Assembly: GCA_002633005.1 (NCBI GenBank)
Contig: NMRA01000254.1
Coordinates: 373,370 to 428,172, forward strand
Reading direction: 5' to 3'
DNA from: Phoronis australis
Lineage: Eukaryota; Animalia; Phoronida
DNA: 54,803 bases
Within the stretch, counting starts at the first letter, position 1. Each line of letters begins with the position of its first letter. Below the pieces are notes generated by a model. It was not told the origin of the DNA, made no database searches, and was given only the letters and a program-made list of their open reading frames with translations. A program made the position numbers and the translations under genes. This document shows, in pieces, positions 36,853 to 51,010 of this stretch.

Positions 36853-37718
36853 GCATATGTAAAAATGGGACACCTAGCGGGGGAAATAGAAAAAAATTGC
36901 ACTCTTAAAGGACGTGATCATTTTGCTCAAACCTGTTCTAAGTCGATAGTTTAAAGGAGCAGTAGTCCAAAAAACTGTTGGCCTTTTGGACTATAAAAAC
37001 ATGCACTTTCTCTTTCCATTATCTTTTAAAATAAAATGTGAATTAAAATTGCTGTTTGGTCAATGGTCGTTAGTTCAAAGTACATACTGTATAAATAAGG
37101 ACAAAGATTGGAATTTTATTATTAATGGACGTGAAGTCACGTGTCTCATGAGGCGCCACTTTTTGTGTTACAGCTCGCAGATAAGTGAATTTGGTATATT
37201 AATCTTTTTGATGCATTGCATTAAATGCTCATATTAAAAAACGTTGACTTCGACGTTGGCGGTTTTTGTACCATGCAATCCACTTTCAATGAAACCTTGT
37301 TCAAATCATACTGTTAAATCACTGTGCTTTTCTAAGAATATTGGGGCTCTTTCCACATAAAATCGTTGTGTGTTTTGTATGTCCGTTACGGAAAGCCCGA
37401 TGACAACATCGAACCATAAATGAGATGATTTTAAAATCTTTGAGGACCATGATGTAGCACTACGCTGTTACATACCTGTATGTAAATGTGCATATGGTAT
37501 TCAAAAACTGTGTGTCACAACGGCTTTTCGTTTTGCTCAGAAATATCGAATTGATTTTCAGTGTGCATAAGTGATCGACGCGGTCAAATACTTTCACCCT
37601 ACACGAACAAGATTTCCTGTTCGATGATTTGTTTTATGTCCTGTGTCTTCTAAAATATGTGATTGATGGTGACTATGGTCGACCAAACACCGATTTACCC
37701 GTTCAATCACAAATGTTA

Positions 37719-37803
37719 TACGTGCGGCACACGCGTATACACCTGCGTATGCGGCACACGCGTATACACCTGCGTATGCGGCACAAGCGTATACACGTGC
37801 GTA
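37719..37803. repeat. 27-bp tandem repeat x3
   Basis: Unit tatgcggcacacgcgtatacacctgcg. Confidence 0.9.
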
Positions 37804-38358
37804 CCACCGTACGTTTTAAATACAGTGCTTAAACTTGGCTTAAAGCCAATAAAATCACCCCAAGCCGTTTCTTCTTTTTCAAAACATATTAAATAAGCAA
37901 CAATTCAGCGGCAACACATGTTTTGCAGTAATTGTGTGAAAATTTGAACTTCTGGCAATCTTCGCCAAACAAGATCCATTTGTTTTTACAAAAACATAAA
38001 TTATAAATGATGCGCTTAGCAATTTTGTTTTTCATCCGTCACAGTCAAACGATTCCACGAAGGGGTCGCTATGCCGATGCTCTGTCATTGTCTCCGTATA
38101 CGACTGTCTTTGTTGCATATTAAGTACTCACAGGAAAAGCCGGAGAGTTCCAGAACGAACAATTTCGCACTGCGAAAAACATTCGTAGCCCCGAACTCCA
38201 AAACATTACTCCACGACTGATGTAACAAAGCTTTCAAAGCGTATTTCCTAAACTCATTCTTGTATTTACCAACAAGGGCGCCAAGTGTTTTAACTGGTAA
38301 TTCGAATGGAACCTTTGTTTTGCCCTATTATCTAACTTCTCATTAAGAGACAGGTCCA

Positions 38359-38418
38359 TACATGTACATGTACATGTATATGTAAGTACATGTTAATGTA
38401 CATGTACATGTACATGTA
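38359..38418. repeat. (TACATG)n array
   Basis: tacatgtacatgtacatgta...tacatgtacatgtacatgta. Confidence 0.9.
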
Positions 38419-39459
38419 ACTACTGCCATACCTTACACCTACTGAGCAAAGATAACAAAACCTTTTTACTCCTTACGTGCATAACTTTTTGTTTTCAAAA
38501 CTAATAACATCTTATACTTGGCAATAAATTTCAAAATGGTTTAACTAATTTGAAAAAAATATTAGTCATCTGAACAAAGAAAGCAGCTCAAATTATAATC
38601 TCCAATATCAATACCCTTCTCACACTCATTTAGATCAATAATGTAAGTCATTTATAAATAGAAAAAACAAGGTTGGCGACAGAGAATCTCCCTTTGTTAA
38701 CATGGAAACCAAGCACCAGTCAGTTAAATGCAAGCTTGTACGTCAAAGGTTCTTTATTACACGTTTAATAACAAAAATGAACATACTTTAGAACTGAATA
38801 AAAAAGCGTTTTGAAGAGCAGGCATGACACATTATGATTAACACATGCACTCAGCAACGACTGCTAACTTTACGCTTGGGAAAAGATATTCGGCACTATT
38901 AAGCTTTGCAGAACTTTGAAAGAATAAAGGCTAACGCGCATGTAGGGGTTTGCTTCGTGTGACTCACGGCACAAAATTGGTCTTACGCGCCACATAAGTA
39001 TTTCTGAAAAATAATTAAAGCTCTGTTTAGCAAAAGAACAAAATAGCTGACAATAAATCCTTAACCGCTACGAACTGAGGCAGTTTGTACAAAATAATCT
39101 CCAGGTGGCGGTGTGGTAATGATCACATGACTAACCGTGAAATGGGAGCGTAAGGACATGTCTCTGCCTTAACCCCTTAAGACACTTTTCATGAAACAGG
39201 TCCTTGCGTACCCAGGGTGAGCTTCATACACGCAAGAAATTTGCAAGCATAGATGTAGTGTCTTCACGCACTTCGCTTGTGATGCTTAGCGTATCCGTTA
39301 TATCTTGAAGACACCAATGACTACGCTTTTCTTGCAAGGAGTTTTGAGCACGGAACGTACAGTAGTCCAGGCTTATCGACAACACTTCAGCTGATCTACC
39401 GGATGAATATGCCAATCGTGTCACGTTGAGTAGCGTAGAATCCTTGCATTCCTTCTTAA

Positions 39460-40776
39460 AGGCGAAGGCAACCTTTTTCCATGTCATTTTGAGCTAACAT
39501 AAGGTTGGTTGGTTATCCTAGACATATTTTCCACTTAATTACAGCTTTTCGTAATTGTATTAATTACTTGTCCGCTACTCCGGAAGTGACGTTTTAGGAG
39601 GCAAGCATTTNNNNNNNNNNNNNNNNNNNNNNNNNNNNNNNNNNNNNNNNNNNNNNNNNNNNNNNNNNNNNNNNNNNNNNNNNNNNNNNNNNNNNNNNNN
39701 NNNNNNNNNNNNNNNNNNNNNNNNNNNNNNNNNNNNNNNNNNNNNNNNNNNNNNNNNNNNNNNNNNNNNNNNNNNNNNNNNNNNNNNNNNNNNNNNNNNN
39801 NNNNNNNNNNNNNNNNNNNNNNNNNNNNNNNNNNNNNNNNNNNNNNNNNNNNNNNNNNNNNNNNNNNNNNNNNNNNNNNNNNNNNNNNNNNNNNNNNNNN
39901 NNNNNNNNNNNNNNNNNNNNNNNNNNNNNNNNNNNNNNNNNNNNNNNNNNNNNNNNNNNNNNNNNNNNNNNNNNNNNNNNNNNNNNNNNNNNNNNNNNNN
40001 NNNNNNNNNNNNNNNNNNNNNNNNNNNNNNNNNNNNNNNNNNNNNNNNNNNNNNNNNNNNNNNNNNNNNNNNNNNNNNNNNNNNNNNNNNNNNNNNNNNN
40101 NNNNNNNNNNNNNNNNNNNNNNNNNNNNNNNNNNNNNNNNNNNNNNNNNNNNNNNNNNNNNNNNNNNNNNNNNNNNNNNNNNNNNNNNNNNNNNNNNNNN
40201 NNNNNNNNNNNNNNNNNNNNNNNNNNNNNNNNNNNNNNNNNNNNNNNNNNNNNNNNNNNNNNNNNNNNNNNNNNNNNNNNNNNNNNNNNNNNNNNNNNNN
40301 NNNNNNNNNNNNNNNNNNNNNNNNNNNNNNNNNNNNNNNNNNNNNNNNNNNNNNNNNNNNNNNNNNNNNNNNNNNNNNNNNNNNNNNNNNNNNNNNNNNN
40401 NNNNNNNNNNNNNNNNNNNNNNNNNNNNNNNNNNNNNNNNNNNNNNNNNNNNNNNNNNNNNNNNNNNNNNNNNNNNNNNNNNNNNNNNNNNNNNNNNNNN
40501 NNNNNNNNNNNNNNNNNNNNNNNNNNNNNNNNNNNNNNNNNNNNNNNNNNNNNNNNNNNNNNNNNNNNNNNNNNNNNNNNNNAACAGATTCGCACGGTAA
40601 AGTCAACGCAAAACCAAGTGGCGGGAAACGCTTGCCTCCTAAAACGTCACTTCCGGAGTAGCGGACGAGTAATTTATAAAACTACGAAAAGCTGTAATTA
40701 AGTGGAAAATATGTCTAGGATAACCAACCAACCTTATTTTAGCTCAAAATGACATGGAAAAAGGTTGCCTTCGCCT
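39460..40776. mobile_element. Kolobok-like element with long (>=145 bp) TIRs and TTAA target duplication; interior lies in an assembly gap
   Basis: TTAA-AGGCGAAGGCAACC... (39460-39606) is the reverse complement of 40630-40776 (...GGTTGCCTTCGCCT-TTAA), with several mismatches. Confidence 0.8.
39611..40582. other. Assembly gap (972 N)
   Basis: Run of N. Confidence 1.
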
Positions 40777-40899
40777 TTAAGAAAAAGACGTGGGTGCAAT
40801 TTTCGTAACAAAATACAAACCTGTCGACGTCATTCAACCATAAATTTTAGAAGTGAATGGCAACAAAGATACTTACTAGAGTATCTTTGATGGTAATGT

Positions 40900-41400
40900 T
40901 CACAAAAATTATGTGGAAGTTCATGGTTGGGGCAGTGCCACATAATTCCAATTTATGCGTGACATAAAACAGAATTATGTCTGTTATAAATCGAAATTAT
41001 GTAAGACATAAATAATTATATCTCATTTAAGTTAATACATGTGTGACACATTTCTCGAATATCATGGTACATAAATAACTAATGCCAACCATAACCCTAT
41101 TGATGTCGACGATTCTCACTCACTGAGTTATGTCACACATAAATACGATTTGTGTCATATATACATAAAATAATAGTGGATATTAATGTTCTTTAGGTCT
41201 GTTACAAATTAATACAATTATGATTGCCATTAATAAATTATGTACAATATTATTCGAAAATTATGTCACACATAAATTAATGTATGCCAGAAATAATATT
41301 TATGCCTGGCATTTTTCCGATATTATGGCTGATATAATTCGGATTTTTGTCACAGACAATTCCGATTTATGCCAGACGTAAATTAGAATTATGGCACACT
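40900..41400. repeat. AT-rich region with recurring ttatgt(c/g)acacataa-type motifs, probably transposon internal repeats
   Basis: ttatgtcacacataaat occurs at ~41129 and ~41261, with related variants throughout. Confidence 0.5.
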
Positions 41401-44400
41401 GTGCCAGCTACACAACTGAATTTTCCAGTTATACATCTCCCATCTTCACAACTCGGTATCCTTCAGGTACAGATACATTCGGTTTTGGCAAAATTTCAAT
41501 TCTTGCATCAGGACGAAACTGAACTTTCAGGTTAATAGAAATAATGTCAGAATAATTGTAATAGACAATGCGACAAAAGGTAAATGCGTTAATTACTGAC
41601 AGACGTTTGTAGGAAATGTTTATCGATCAAGATGTCCAGTCAGTACGTCATCGGTATATAAGTACAGCGTTTAGTATTTGTTATGGAAAGTGTATTGATT
41701 GGGGTTCCCGCGCGTTTAATTCCCTTGTCCATTGCTATTGGATATTAGCTAGTGATCGTGTTAAAAATGCATATTTGTTTTCAAAACAGTTAAGTAGTAC
41801 CCGCTAGCCAAATGTTAAAAATTTCTAAAGTCATGAGCAAATATTTGTTATGGCTTTGATATAAATTGAGTAAAGCGAACATCAAACGCTTAGCGCTATT
41901 TTTCTGGTTAATCAAATTGAATTAAACCCCCCAGGGAGCATCGCAGTTCTCAGTAAATATTCTATTTTTCACTTCACATAAATGTTATTGAGAAACATAA
42001 GTTTGTTGATATGTCCTTCAGTAGTTAAATACTGCGGATAAAAGTTCCGATGGGCGAAACTAAGTTGCTGCAAGCGAGAAAATTATAGTTTTCGAAATAA
42101 AACACTCGCTGCATGCCACCGCCTTAACAAGGCCTGGAACGCGATAAACAGACTAAATTGCAATATTGGAAGTGGTTCTCTGCCACTGAAACAGAATTCA
42201 ACCTGCTCATCAGGTATTTTTAGACTATGTTCGTAACAATTTTTCATTTTTGTTGATATTAATTTTTTTTAGTTTCAAATTTCAAAAAATCTGTTAACTG
42301 CTCGTCACTTCGTTCATTTTCTCCCACAAGGCAATACAAATCTCCTTATTCGGTATGGCAAGACATAGACGTAGCGCATTTCCCTTGTATAGAAAATGTG
42401 ACCTTTGACGTCAAGCGACTTCAAGCAACTGACTGAGCGCATGCGCTCATTTAACATACATGTAAGTGGGAGGGAAATTAGAAACTCTGTGGTAACCACA
42501 GAGGTTTTCCTTCGCGCGTATTTCAAAACCCGTGAATTTTGTGATTTTTCTGGAAGTTTCATCACAGGGGAAAGTGTACTAGAGCGAGATTGCACTTTCG
42601 TCATGAATTAATTGTTTAAAAGATACTTTTGACAATCTTCCGCGTTCCATGCCTCTATACATGTAATTTTGATATATATTTTTGTCGCGTCCGTTTGCGT
42701 CCACTGAACTGAACGTCGTAGGAACGTGATCACAATACTAACGCTGTGTTTTAAAAAGACGAACCATTTCAACTAACCAAATTTCAACCGTATTACGTGG
42801 TTAGCGACAATTTGTCACATATCACATTTGAACTAATGAGCGTATTTATAGTTGTAAACGTCTAAGTTACGATGATTTTAACTATGACTCGGGTTCTACT
42901 TTGGATTTCATATAAAGTGAATAAACCTTTTTTAAGATTTTAATCAAAACATTTTGACTTAAAACCTACGCTTCCACTTCACATTTTCTGAATAAATTTT
43001 TGCCGTGTAATTGTTAGCAAACTAAAGTTCACACATTACCTAATCAACTAGCAGAACATTATTTCTCCCAATTTATTTCCAAAAAGTTTGAGTTTTGCTG
43101 AGATGAGAGAAACTTATTGCGGAATACTACAATTACTGTGTGAAGTATAAGACGGTATTTCGTAATCAATCAAACACTAATTCTCTTCCTCTCCCCTGCT
43201 AAAGAACCATTGGCCTCTCAACTGAGTGATAAAGAACTGGAGTCAACTTAAAACGTTCACAGTTACTCACTGTCGCCCTATTCATGGCTCTTGGTGAGCG
43301 TTATCTCCTATAGCAGTCGTGCAACTCGCCCAAAGCATGGGTAACACTTGCCCGTATAAAAATGTCATAAGGAGTTTTCTACGTCTGCACCAAAAATTTG
43401 AGGGTTACATTAACTTATTTTGCGTTCAATAGCTAGAAATCCGTCTTTAGTAGCCTTTTAAACATTAACGCTTTTTCCACGAAACAAACTCATGGTGTTG
43501 GGTACGATCTCTGGTAAAACAGGCCTCTGTGTCAGGTTGCTTCAAGAGGCTCGAACATCTCCCAAATTGTACATTGTGTGTCACTGCAAAAGTTTCGGAA
43601 GTATTGTGAGCCGAGATGTCAACCTCATTTAGTTTGGGATTTTCTGATTCCGCGTAATTGCTCTAGCGGGTTATTTCCACGTACATGCATCGTTTTGTTG
43701 TTCCTCGTACACTGATTGGATTCAACCTAAGAACCCTCTAAGATGCAAAGTTAAGGCACTTTTAGAAATTTAAACTACGTGGGAACGTTTCATGTAACAG
43801 TGCTTAAATTCCACGCAAAAATATTTTTGCGTTGTGTTTGTGTTCACTTGCACAAGTCTAAAATTCAGTGAGCGCAATTCATAACATTTGGATAACCGCG
43901 ATAAATACAGGGTGTCTTAAAAGAGATGTAACTCATGAACACACGACAAATGTTTGGTCATACTCCACTAACGATTACATTTCGGAAATGATGACGTTAT
44001 AACAAGTCCAAATGTTAAGATTTGAACTCTTTGGCTTTGAGGCTGCACGGGCAAGAGCACATATTTCAAATAATTGCGATATCATAGTATATGGACAAAG
44101 AATCGTTGACCAGTGCTGTGACAACACAAATCACTTACATGTAGTTGTTGAAAACTTCATCCAGAGCAAGAGCTTCTAAGTCATTTCGTCTAGGACTTTC
44201 TTGTCCCAGAACACGTTGTTTTTTGATAATATCATGCTGAGAGAACAAAACTTGTGAATTGTTGCTGATCAAAAGATCACCAAAAAAAGTCAAGATCCTT
44301 GTCGATCTCCGTTTTTCGAACTGCCTGCACATCACATCAAGTTTGCCGTGACAGATAAAAGTACTCTGAAGTTTGATTTAGATTTTGTATGGGCAGCGCG

Positions 44401-47400
44401 TAAAGTTTTGGAAAAGTGATCTCATGAATTTTGCCGACGCACCCCTCTTGACAATTTTACTTTTCGACTAGATTGTTTTCGTCCGTCAGTTATTGACATA
44501 ACGGCAACTGTTGGATGCAGAATCTAAATTCATTTTAAAGTCGCTCTTCTGGCTAACTGAGAAAGCCACATGTGCAATTATTTCGCGCTCATTTCGAACA
44601 CACCCGGCCGGATCATGGCTACGTTTTGGACGCACTTCATAGTCTCTTTTTACGGCATCTCTCACACCATCCATATTGCCAAGACATCTCAAGAACATGG
44701 ATTGTTTAATCTTCCTGTGGTTTTGTATTGCTTGCAAAACAATAAAATTCAATTTCAATGAGAATATTAGTTGAAGTTAAACTCGGAAACTAGGTCGCAA
44801 GCTGGTCGCACAGAGATCGGTAGACAGACGTATATCTATTTTTCATTTTGTTTTTCTTTGTTATAATAAAGATAATGGCAAGCATTTATCGGTAAGCACT
44901 TGATGTGCGTCCAAGGTACGATATCCATGCGACTGTAATGATAAATCCAACAAAAACGTAACAAAGGAAAACAATGGCAGGGTTCCATAGGCGATAACCA
45001 TGCGACCTGCTTACTCCCGTGGCATGGATGTCTCAAGTTATAGGCAATGATTAATGATCAACACCGTCTCCCTTGTCGGAAGCAATGGAAATTGCTTTTT
45101 TTCATACGTCTCTTTAATCTGGAACCCTAGGTACTACATGTACATGTATAGATATGGTATCCTATCCTTTAACGGCGGTTAGCACTGTAGCACGACTTGC
45201 GACAGATGAGTTCGCGAAAACTTTTTTCTGCTGTTCAGGCACGTCGGTTGCAGTAGGTCTACGCATGTGAAAATGATCGTGAAACCGGAACAGTTGCCGA
45301 ATGAGTCATCAACTCAAGTTACAGGCAATGCGAGCGAACATGTTACATTTTCGAATTTCCATTTTAGGGTTTATCAAGCACAAGCTTTTTAGGAATCGCT
45401 GATTGTTTCTATGATCTGTTGGAAACGGAAATAGAGTGTTATCACGGTAATGAAAATATTGAGGAATCACGTGACATTTTCAGAGCTGTTGAGCATGCGC
45501 TGGGTATGAAGAAAAATAGGGTAAATCTCCAATTGTCATCAGGTGAAAGTCTTTCTTTTGCATTGCCGCATCAATTCTCATAATAATGACCTACCAGAAC
45601 CAGTTATGTATTTCGATATTTAACGGTGCAACTGGAAAACTGGTCTCAAATTGTCCGTAACAAGCATGAAAAGTGATTTCTGGGTTTAAAAAGGCTTGAA
45701 ATCGGGCCTGGAGCATAACCACCCGAGACGAGCCCCACTGATTGCTGAAACATTTCTCAAAAATTCACAAAATGTCAGGTCTTAGATTCGAATCCGGTCA
45801 AAAAATCTCCGATGTGAAAAAGGGGCAAAATGATACAAATTTCATACATGTAAATGTGTATGCTCAGTAAGTGACGAAATATGGCTGAGGGCACGAGCAC
45901 AGCGGCTTCTAACTTCCCTCTCAAATGGTTTTCTTGGTATTTGTAACTCTAGCGTTTCTCAAATCCCAATCTTGGTTTCAAGTCATGCAACCAGCTTGTA
46001 CATGTACATGTACCTGTGGGGCTGTTGTTGCGGCGCCGGTCTGAGAGCTCTGTGCGATGTCTGCCACGCACGCATGACTCAACTTTAGCCAACATGCTCA
46101 CGAACGTAAAACACGTCAATGGTCTGCTTCACTCAGATGCTTGGTCATGATTAGCGTACAACAATCTATATTGTCTCCAATGGGTAATAATTGTTTCATA
46201 TCCAAAAATTGATCGAACACATGGACTATTGAAATCGCCCATATGTTAACTGATGAGCCGTTCAATAACGCTCTCTAGGCCCGTGGTATAATTTCTATAC
46301 TCGAAATTAGCAATTCGAAAATTGTCAAATTGCCCATGACTCTTCTAGAAATTTTAAAGATTTGTACTCGATGCAATGCCATTGATCTTCATTAATATAA
46401 AAATCTAGTTTTGAGTCGGAGATTAGTGAGCACCTGTACTTTGAACACAGTCGGGAAAATAAAGTTACGCGTATACGGGAGTACAAAGAGTGGCCAGACA
46501 ATCTATGAGATAGCCAAAGAATGTTTATATTTTACGGGGACTGTGTCGTTTTTAGTGAAATTCCCACTTGAGGAATGTGTTAAGTGGAAAATATGCAGTA
46601 GACATCAGGTATATTCTCCGGGACAGTGACCTTTTTTGAAATGTTCAGTGAATGCAAATGACAGACACATGTCACTTTTAATTAATGGGTTAAGAGGTTT
46701 GTTAGCCTTTTAGTTTATAGGTTGTACAGTATACGGAAATGCATAGTGAAAACGCAAATCAAATACTAATGTTTGATTCTTTTTGAAATACATTTTCGCT
46801 ATTGTTGTCAGAGGAAATGTACTGTTACTAGACCGAATGGGCAAGATTTTTTAAATTATCAATCGAGGGCCGTGAAGACTTTTAAAATAACTACCCATAA
46901 CATGCAGATGCTACTTACTCTCAGAAAATCAGAAGATTTTCTGTCGTGTCGTGGTCCACTGTTCCTGTTTCGGCTCCGCTGGTATTTTTACCCATTTCAG
47001 TGTCGCTCACATATGTGAATTGGTGGAATAGGATGCTGAGAATATTTCAGTCTGGATGTCAGATCACTGACCTCTTCAACAGCATGAGTGTGCAATCCAT
47101 AGTTATCCTCTTCATCGTCAGTAGATTATTGCAAATTACCCGTGCTCTGTAACCAGATTAGGAATATTTTTTTTCACACGGCAAATGCCGGTGTGTGTCG
47201 TACGTGACAAACAATCCTGGAATTATGTAAATCGCCGTCTCGTCGGAAATTGACATCAGCGTTCGGCGGGATTGTCCTTGTTCTCAAACCAACATCCTGA
47301 GTATGCAAATGTTGCCTCAATGCTTATCACGAGAAGTGCTCGTCGTCGGTATTTCCTTTCACCCAGACCAACATTTAATCGATTACAAATCGAACATTGC

Positions 47401-48583
47401 CAAGCAAACCGGAAATAGTTTAGTGCTTTACTCGTGACTTGGAACCAATATTGGTTCCTAGCTCATGATTAAGGGTACAGTTCAGTAAAGCTAGGACCTA
47501 GGCTAGGATCTCGCTAAAATCTAGCCAAAATCACGTACATGTACTCACAGCTAAAATACACGACAATATCTCACGTAATCTCGCCAAGTCTTGCAGCTTT
47601 TAGAGAGGTCCTAGCGTTGGCAAATGCAGGAAAACAACATTTCATTGTTGTGACTAGGCTGAAAGAGTCAAATAGAATAGGCCGTGTAAAAAGTGTGTCT
47701 ATGTTGTGAGATTTGTGTTGCGTAGGAGAACTCAGTGATGAAGTTGAGCACTGTATGTTTGGTTACTAAATACATGCAAGTTGGGGTCATTGTCATACAC
47801 TTTGTTAATCAAACTATATATATTGGGCACAGTTTACATGTACCACCACTGCATGGTCAAGAATCCTACCCCAAAAGGAACGGAATCACATGAGCGGGAA
47901 CACTAACGCCAATAGTTTGCATACACGCAGATTCTTACACCACGCACAAATGATTTTGTCCACGGAAAGTGATTTGCACGGCAAGAGCTGCATAACACTT
48001 AAGTCTGCTCTTGCAGTTCGAGTCACGTGATAGCCGTGTAGTTCTTTATCAGTATAGCAATAGTCTTTCGGCGCGTCTGAAGGGCTGGTCAGCTGTTTTA
48101 CTTAAAAATTCAGCTTCCGTGCTCACTCAGGCTGATAAGTAAACCTTCACTTGCAAATAAGCAATTCCATATAAATAAATGAATGGGTACATGCATTATC
48201 AATAAACACAACAAGAATTGTATCATGGGACAAACGAAGCACTTGAGAAAATTGTGATTTAAAAAATCCCAACAGATCAGTGGTTCTCAGTGTTTCAACA
48301 ATTCTCTAAAAGCGTATACAGTGTAGTTCAAAGTCTCTGCACTGATTGGGACTAGAATGCAGGCAATTCCACCCCGGTAGCCGCGAAACGGTAGACTACG
48401 AAATCCGAATACAGGTGAACTTTTCTAGTGTCGCCGGTTTCGTTGAAAATTACCACAGGATGGGGAAATTCTGAACAGCAGGTAATGCGTAGTGAAAGTC
48501 ACGTCGGTCAAAGTTAGTTATCGCTAAAGAAGAACAAAATCACGGCCTTCTTTAGAGAAAAAAAAATATGAATGCCATTCATA

Positions 48584-50335
48584 TAGACCAGAATCCCAGG
48601 CTTTTTTGGACATGAAAAGGTAACCAACTTTCTATGGTGCCACAGTGCTCAGTGGGTATCCTGATGTTTGGAAATGGCCATGTGGTAGGTTCGCTTTGGT
48701 GAGTGTGGTCAGTAGAGCCAAGAGAATGACCCTAAAAAATTGAGCAAAATCAACTTTTCTGGTAACCACTTCAAACTGCCTTGGATACCTATTACGTAAT
48801 CCACTGTATCAAAATTGGTCACTGCCAGACAATTTCAGTGGTGGAGAGTATCAGCCAGACGGTTATAAAAAAGGTACAAAAATTGACCTAGATCAATCCA
48901 AGAGGTAACTGCGTGAAACCAGTTGCAAAATATTCACCGTGAGCCCAGGTATCACGAATGAACACTGCCAGACAAATCTAGTGGTGGGTTAAACCCGCCA
49001 GACACGCCCAAATACCCGAGTTGAGCTAGATCAACCCACCAGGTAACCGTTTGAAACTAATTGCACGATGTTCAGCATCACTGTACATGGCACAACTGTT
49101 AAATGCCAGACAATTTCAGTGGTGGTGTGCCCTTGCCTGACGGTTGTCAAAAAGGGTTGGAAATTTAGCTAGATCAACCCAAGAGGTAACCGCTTAAAGC
49201 CAGTTCTAAAATATTCATAGTAAGCCCAGGTATTCCGAATAAACACTGCCAGACAAATCTAGTGGTGTGTTAGCCCCGGCAGACACGCCCAAATACATGT
49301 ACCTGAGTTGAGCTATATCAACCCAAGAGGTGACCGCATGAAACCAGTTGCGAAATATTCGCCGTAAGTCCAGGTATCAAGAATAAATACTGCCAGACAA
49401 ATCTATTTAGTGGTGGGTTAGCCCCGCTAGACACTCACGGCCAAGTACCTGAGTTGAGCTAGACCAACCCACCAAATAACCGTTTGAAAAAAATCACCCG
49501 ATGTTAAGCATCACTGCACGTGGAACAACAAGATGCCACCCTCAGACAAATAAAGTGTCAAAACAAAATTGATTATAAGGCCATTCACAATGAATAAGCA
49601 TCACATTGAGAAACGAGGCACTTCGAGTTTTAATAAAGCCAGTGAGTCCGTACGACATAGGTCACCACACAAGGTGAAAGGGTTTTTGTCCGCAAGTTTT
49701 CGCCAGGGCATGAAAACCAGAAATATCGCGTCAGATGTTGCAGCGAACTCATAAGTCCATGTGAAAACAACGGGATACTCCACATGATTCACTATTAAAA
49801 ACAAAACCTAAAAACCTGTCCGAGACAGATAGCACATTGTCTTCGTACGAATTTCGATTTTTTGTTGTCCTAGTTTACCAGTCAAGATGCGTCCCTCTGT
49901 TTTCGGACGAGTCATTTGATGCAACTGATAAAACGATCAATAATCGAAATGCCGTCTTTTGATGTCGTGTGCATTATGTATGCAGGCTTACTACCTTCAT
50001 TTCACACAGTGATTAATGGCAAGTTTGGCAAAACTGATCAGTTTTAGGCAATCTCCATCTTTATCATAAACCCAACCCACAGAGAACTCTGGAGATGCGT
50101 CAAAAACAATGACGTCAGTGGCTATATCAACATTTTCCCCGCGACTATGCTAGATGTATTCTTTGCCTTGAACCGCCCAAACTACGCCAGATGGGAAACA
50201 TTGTTCAAAAGTTGAAATTCGCAGACCCAATATTACGTGAAGCGCTGGAAAACGGTGCGTTCTCAGTGCTACAGCTGTACGTACGAGGAAGAACTTCAGT
50301 AGATCGGCTGTTGACCTCTCTTTGGAAGAGTCCAT
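48584..50335 (+). mobile_element. Academ-like DNA transposon remnant: candidate TAG terminus, ~140-bp subterminal repeats x5, transposase fragment
   Basis: tgccagacaa...agtggtg / ctagatcaaccc units at ~48821, 48964, 49102, 49245 and 49389. Region 50017-50335 translates, with disruptions, to GKFGKTDQF..., DVFFALNRPNYARW, ENGAFSV..RTRKNFSRSAVDLSLEE, matching the Academ-type motifs NYARW and FSR..D..LEQ. Confidence 0.7.
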
Positions 50336-50633
50336 ATTTTTATGTTTGATATGGCGTTCTCCAAAAAGGCTGAAAACACCTCTGCGGCACTTGGTATTGA
50401 GTACGTGTGGTCGTGTTAGATTTCGTGGAAACTATCAAAGCTGTAACGTAGATAAAACATTCTGTTGCGAACATGTTGTTCACAATTCGTGGGTATAACG
50501 AGTCCTGATAGTTTTTCAGTTTAGTTAGATTGACAATCATTTCATTTGCGCGACACAGATATGCGAGCAATTGAACTGTTCGCTTTTTGTCTTTATAGTG
50601 AATATGTAAACAAAAGGTACCGAGAGTGGCTTA

Positions 50634-51010
50634 CATGAAGAAATATCCCACGAGACATTATTCCGCGTATCGACCGAGACCGCAGGGTAACTTTTCATTG
50701 AACTTGTTACATCGCCTGAAAATAGTTAAATAACAACAATATTTAATAATGTAGTTACCAGTTACAGACGATATAATATTTAGCAAATGAAAATTGAGAT
50801 AGAAGTGTCATATAATTTACAGTCCTGTTCCACATTATTACGATTGAGACCTGATTATATGTTGACCGTTATTTACACTGATTTAGCTGTATTGCTTTCA
50901 ACTATTTTCCGAAAGTTTGATTATCCAACCTGCTAAGGACGACGAGTCGACATTGACCTACGTTTTGAACTTTCCCTGTCAGAGGTCACTGTTGAAGTAG
51001 GGCGGGAGGT
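50634..51010. repeat. Dispersed repeat homologous to 34149-34752
   Basis: Same ordered sequence blocks in the same orientation, with an internal deletion. Confidence 0.8.

Noticed and set aside
39575-40606. Long ORFs made of X
   Set aside because: Translation of the N gap.
44135-44758. Possible hAT transposase C-terminal remnant (FPKLYAL; LGQE..R.N.L)
   Set aside because: Similarity is too weak and fragmentary to support without a search.
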